NCBI RefSeq assembly: GCF_009914755.1
Contig: NC_060936.1
Reading direction: 5' to 3' (one strand)
Length of the DNA: 64,000 nucleotides
Source: the human T2T-CHM13v2.0 reference genome, Homo sapiens
The notes under the pieces were generated by a model. The model was not told where the DNA came from and searched no databases. It worked only from the letters and a program-made list of their open reading frames with translations. Position numbers and translations under genes: made by a program. Positions within the stretch are counted from its first letter, which is position 1, and each line of letters starts with the position of its first letter. Below, piece by piece: positions 57,101-64,000 of this stretch.

Positions 57101-60100
57101 ATTTTACACTATTACCAACTATTCCTAGATTCTACTAAGATTAAAAGAAAAAATATAATGTGCATTAATATTTTATCTGTTCATGATGCTCAATACTGTA
57201 ATACTGAAACAATTCTCACTATACAGAGAAACGTGACGAAAAATACTTTGATAATAAACCACAACCAATAATTTCCTTGTGATTCAATAATACTGTTTTG
57301 CTATTTCCTGTTAATATAATTATAACTAAAATAATTATTCTATGTTATAAGTTCCAAGCTCTCTGACTGCATTTACAAAATAAAGTTTACTCCAGTGCCA
57401 TTTATCTGGCTTGTGTCTGTTTACGTCTCTATTTTTCCCCTACCTTTTATTACATGTATGTGTTATTTAAAGTCTGAGGGAATGAATTAAACACGTATTT
57501 TGAGCAAATTGATTACTACTGTAGCTAGTAATTTGGCTCTAAAAGTCCTTGAGTAAAGTGATTAAACTGTTGAATAAAATCTGTTCATTAAGATCATTTC
57601 TATGCTCCATTAATAGTGGGAAAACGGTATTATGCATAGTCACATTTATACCTGAAACCTGTAGGACAGTTTACAAACTTATCCATCTCCCTCTACTTTT
57701 GGGGTATTACTCCCTTATATCACTTATCTTTTACTCTACAGCTCAGCTATGATATCCTCCAAGAAGTCTTTTTTGCTTCATTCCCTTTTTTGCTCTCAAA
57801 AACATAAAACAAGCAAACAAATAACCAGTATCTCTCATCACAGTTCCTATATTATATTAAACCCATCAATTCATGTATTTCCTCTCTTCACCTATGTTTT
57901 GAAGGCAAGAAAGGTATTAACTTCATCTCAGGATTCCCAGCATCCCCCTCCGTACCTGCTACACAATGGGCACAGCTGAATTTTGCAAACACACTTAGGG
58001 CAATAGCACAGTCATACTGTGATCTTACCTTGCCAGTGATATTAACAAATTTGCCTCACATCAATTATATTCAGCCCCAAAGAATGGCACAAGTGCCAAT
58101 CATATTAAACATATTAACCTTCTCTATCTCCTTAAAATAACTCTGAGAGTAATGCAGACAACTATGATTTTCCATGAAAATGTCCCCATGTAATTACAAC
58201 AAAGGTATGGAAAAAAGAGAATATTGCCATTTTTGGCACATCTGAAGATTTTCCTGAAGGCCACCCTTCAATAGATAATGCTTATTTTCCTGACATTTAT
58301 CTAGTTTTGCATATAATATGGACCAATGGCAAATACATACCTAACCCACCTCATCCCTTTCTCTACCACCATGTTGTCTTGAGTCAGTCAGTCAACCTCT
58401 GGGTCCTTAAGTCTTCACCTTAAAATTGGAGGTAATGCCTACTTTCTATTTCAAACATAAACCAGAGAATTCATTTAATTCTTTCTATGAAAAGTGTTTA
58501 ACTTATCAAAAAGTCACTTCTAGAATACAATCTAATTATGAAGACTATAACTCCAGACACTTATACATTTTGTCAATAAAGAAGCTTTAATCAAATTAAT
58601 TTGTAAAGAAGTAATAGGCTTATGAATGGATGTGTGTTGTCTCATAATATTTTGGAGTTACACACGCATGTGGCTTGTGTTGTTCTCATGCAGGTATGCT
58701 TAATTCACAAGGCATGTCTCCCCTTTGGAGTACACCGCAGTGTAACATGTTTCAGATATGTATCAAAGGATATCTCAAATGAGAATTTGTAAACAAATTG
58801 TATGTGAAAGACAACTTCTCTAATTTGGATGCTGAAGGGATTTTGGAACAAAACTGGTATGATCTTTTCTCATGGGGAACAACACCCTTAGTTTTTGTCT
58901 CTCATTTGTACTTCAGCGCAGTGATTTCCCACATTTCCCTGTCTTGCAATTCTGTTCAAGTCCTGGAACACATATCAAGATTTTTGAAAACAGTGAGTTT
59001 GAAAATGGAGCAGTCACGAAAATGAAAGACCCCTTGGACTGAAATGTAGTTATGATGACCCTAATTAAACGCATGGGTTGCAGACATTTTTACTGTTTAA
59101 ACAGTAAAAGAGGTTTAAATCTGTATTTGTGGGCAGAGGGCAGCAGAGTTTTTCAGAGGTGACTGGAACCAAGCCTTTAATTCCATGATTACAAGTAAAA
59201 TGCACCATGAGACTTGTGTTTTCCTATCACCACAAAAAGCCATCTTCATAGGTCCAGATAACAACGTATTAGCTCTCTCTGATTTTGCTAACTTTCTTTG
59301 CTTTTGTTGTAGGCATAGTGTTTGACAAACTTCTCAGCATCTAAGAATGATTTCTTATACGATAACATCAACAACCTTCACTGATTCTTACAGAAAGTAG
59401 TTAAAACATCAACACAATCAAGCCTTTTTTTTCCTTTTAACTTCTTCAAATCCTGATAATCTAGTTTCTTAAAAAGGTAAGAAATATGACCTTTCAGTAT
59501 TCCTAGATTATGAGCCAATCTCTGTCTAAATCTGCAGAACTAGCATGATTTTTAATTAATTGCCCCAGTAAACACAAACTATAAGCATATTTTGAGCAAA
59601 AATAATTTTTTCTTCATAAAGTCCTGGTTCATGTTTTTACTATTAATAGTATAAATTATTATATATAAGATATGTATCAATGTATTCAATGTAGAAGTGA
59701 TCATTTATCTCCAGCTTTGCTGATATTTTAAATCATTTCAAAAGGGTTAAATTTCCTTTGCTCTCTATGTAGATTACAATAGTACTCTGGGCCTCCAAGA
59801 GGGAAATACATAGATAAAACCACTCTCATAAATTAAGAGTTCAGCAGGAGAACTAGGCTAATTTTATCAGTCTTAGCCACACCTGCTCATTAATCCATTT
59901 CTAATACAGATAGAATTTTTAAAAGATATAATTATCTTTTTATACATATATATAATAAGTTCTATTGCCCTGCTGGGTGTATATATGTGTGTGTGTGTGT
60001 TGTGTGTGTATTACACTTCTATAATTCTAAATTTTAGTATGTTAATATTTCATCTATTATGATTATTGAATATTTTATTAATTTTATTTTCACCTCTTGA

Positions 60101-62563
60101 TTATATCCACACAAAGATACACGAAGACTAGAACAAATCACATTTTCTAAGATGAAGATAATATTTTTATTGTGGTTTACATTGGTAAAGCAAGTGCTAT
60201 AAGCCATAGTTAAGGATATGTTATATATAATAATTTATCACATTTAAGCCAAAATTGTATGCCTGTTTAGTTACGCCAAATTATTTTTTAAAAAAACAGA
60301 ATATATACATATTTTTAAGTATATTCATAATGTTAGATCATTTAAATTGCATGTGTATCTATTAGACATAATTTAAATTTTAACTCCACATGAAGTATAC
60401 TTTTAAAATATAAACACCTTTAATTCAATTTCTATTGCTTCTAACAAGCTGAATGCACCAGAATATTGTCAAACAAAAGCTCCCCATTCAAATTAAAATT
60501 TGCCTACACAAATAGAAAGCATATGATAGTTAAGTCAAAAAATTCTTAACAGGAAATAACTTTTACCTAGCAACAGTTTCACAAATGTAACTTAATCTAT
60601 TAAAAAGTAGAATGGAATTTATTTATCCAGTTATGACCTTGGATACTTATCTAGAATTATATAAATTAGAAACTTTACTGTGCTCATGTCTGAGGTTAAA
60701 ATCTTGTCCAGTTTCACGGATTTTAAAATACTTATGTAACTCACATACTTTGTCTCTGTATGTGATTGAATTCATTTTTTAGCTTGAACGCTAATCTCTA
60801 GAAAAGGAAGTCTGTGTGACTCAGTGTCCTGTTTCAAGTTTAAACTATAGGCCAGTAAGTTGTAATTTTTTTCAGAGTAATGGGAATTAATAATAGTAAT
60901 AACAATAATTATCATTATTATACGCAAAACAAAAAAGCAGCACTATTATAAAATGATGACATATTCAATGCTGAACAAAGACTGAAGTTAAAAAAAAATG
61001 TGCTACTAAATCTGTATTCTTGTATCTTTTTTTTATGTCATTGGTCAATGGCTAAATAAATGCAATTAAATGCCATCACCTACTTTCCCACATACTAGTA
61101 ACAGATACTTTATTCAAGAACAAATATACACATATACTTCAGTCAAAAGTAGACAAGACAAAATAAATTTGCAGTTCAAAAAATTTTACTTTAACTATAT
61201 AGCACAGTAGTTCAAAAAATTTTACTTTATGTAGCATATACTTTTATAGCCTACTCATTTACATACTGGGATAATTCTGGGCCAATGCTAAATATAGATT
61301 AGTACTTTCTATTTTTTTACTTTTTTCACTCAAATTTGCCTGAGTTCATTAGGTAAAGTTCAATATAATCATCTCTCTAGATTTGCTATTATATTGCTAC
61401 CTTTGTTTTTTCTCTGTCAGCCATCACTACCACATGTCATTGAAAGATAATAATTTCATCTTAATTTCTCTCACTTTTTCACAGAGATTAAACCTGGAAC
61501 ACAGAGAGTCCATAACTTTTTGAACCAAGGTTCATATTTTGATAAGAAAGCACAAAGAAAAAAAATCTGCCAGGAGTAACACATACTCATTCTCTCTCTC
61601 TCTCTCTCCTGCACACACGTATACAACACAAAACCCCCAGCGTGAAGTAGCAAAAGTTGGCAAGTTGCACTCTAGAGTCCACTGCTACACAAGGGTAGGG
61701 TCTTTTCAATGGCGAATAGTCCCTTCTTTGCCTCTGGCATATCCTCTCTCTCTGTATTTCGGGACACCACTTCCCATAGTTGTGCCAGAGTTGCCAACAG
61801 GCATCATAATTGTTCTAGCTCCCTCGCCATTCTTGCTTGTGGAGCCGGCTACCAGTTTCCATGCTTTCTTTGGCCACCAGTCTACATACTGTTCATTATC
61901 TTCCTGACAGACTGAGGGACTCCAAAAAGGGCAACAAGGATCAACTGCAAAGGGTAAGTCACAAAGAAGAGGAGATTAAAGTAAATTTGCTATTGAAATT
62001 CTTTCAAACATGGGGGGAAAATGCATTTTGGAAAACATCCTTTGATCATGTCAGGATTTTAGATTTAATAGTCTTACAAACCCCAAAAATATATGTCTAC
62101 CCAGTACAAAGTTATGTAAATTGTTGCTGTTGTCATTTTCAATCAATCAATATGTAGAGACAATTTAGATAATTCAAGTCCCAAAAGCATTTATCCCAGC
62201 TCCCACCAAATTTGCCTAGAAGATTTGCCTCAAATAAATCAACTAATTCACAAATTTTGATTTTATTTTGTGCTGTATAGATAAGGGATTGTTAGTCAAA
62301 AAATGTACATTATGAAATTTTAAAAGACCATCCTACCACTTTAGTGACATTTTGAATTTAAAGCTGACAGTGTACTGTAATCCTTGACATCGATTTTATT
62401 TGACAACTCAGATCTTTCAGATTTGAAAGAATTTTCAGCCAGCGGGGGATTGGGTACACATTCTAATATTAACTTAAAAGTAATAACTCCTTATTACCAT
62501 TCGGTATTTATGAAGTTCTCTTTGGACTCTTACATCATTACTTTTCTCACCTCTCAAAATTAA

Positions 62564-62882
<319 letters not shown>

Positions 62883-63862
62883 AAAATTACTTTCTTAAAT
62901 GATTTATGGGGAAACAAACTTCTTAGATTTTGTGATAGGCTTCAATAATGTCTTATATGGTTTTTGAAGAGTGTTACTTTATGAAAATGGTTTTAACAAT
63001 ATAAATGTTCTCAAAGCATTAAAATATGGAAATAGTATAGTTCACCTCATAAAAGACTTTTTATTAGAAGTCTGCATATGTTATATACTTTTTCAACCAA
63101 ATGAGGCTCCTGGAAACTATGAAGTAAAATTTCAGAATTAATGAGTTCCCCAGAGACATTAAATCTAATAATTTAAAAAGTTGAGTGAGCTGCTGCTTAG
63201 ATGGTATAATATCTGTATGTGGAAACTCTTCTTTAAAATATGCATAGTAGGTAACTTGTTCCTAAAACACATTACAAAAATCTTTGAATATTCTATGAAA
63301 ATGAAAGGAATATCCTTGCCGTCCTGCAAAAATAATGTCTGGCTGTTGGTTCTACCTTTGGGTTCTACTGACTTTGGGTCACTTAGTAGGCTTTCTAATA
63401 ATTTTTTTCACCCCCTCAAAACCATAAAATACCTTTTCCTATTCACTTTTTAAAAGTTGATATAATTAATTAGCGGATACCAAAATTTTGTTTTGGTTTC
63501 TTTGAAGAAAACTATTATCTTGGAAAATAAAAATGCAGCCCTAATCTCAATATATACCAAAATTAATTTTGGAGATTAAAATTTACATTTTAACATATGC
63601 ATTCCAATGGCTTGATTCATTTAGTCTCTACTATGATATATTCAGAATTAGTTTGTGCTCTAAAGTAGATAAGATAAGGTAGACTCTACAATATGGTAGA
63701 CTCTTTCTACATATGTAATATCTTTTTCTATACCTTTAGGAAACATAACACCAGGGATATGTTTAGATAATAATGGCTTCAAAGGGGCATTGTCAATGTG
63801 TGAAGACTTAAATATAAGGATATTTTTCTATAGATCTAAACAAAAATCCCACTGTGAATTCA

Positions 63863-64000
<138 letters not shown>

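Overview
AT-rich primate (most likely human) intronic DNA carrying seven internal coding exons of the copine-8 gene (CPNE8) on the minus strand. They splice into one open frame of 652 nt (1 nt + 217 codons) covering the end of the C2B domain and most of the vWA domain; the gene runs off both ends of the window. The rest is intron filled with Alus, L1s, MaLR/ERVL/ERV1 solo LTRs, Tigger and hAT DNA transposons and MIRs. Apart from those overlapping CPNE8 exons, the listed ORFs are repeat-derived or chance. I see no convincing new biological system. The best leads are (i) a cryptic exon built from a MER52-like LTR edge plus a perfect donor at the C2/vWA boundary, (ii) two consecutive exons that begin with GT, one of them an in-frame polybasic exon, (iii) an old ~0.45 kb local duplication whose intact copy shows the empty sites of three TE insertions in the other copy, and (iv) several informative retrotransposition structures. 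Repeat subfamily names are by-eye recognition and need RepeatMasker/Dfam confirmation.
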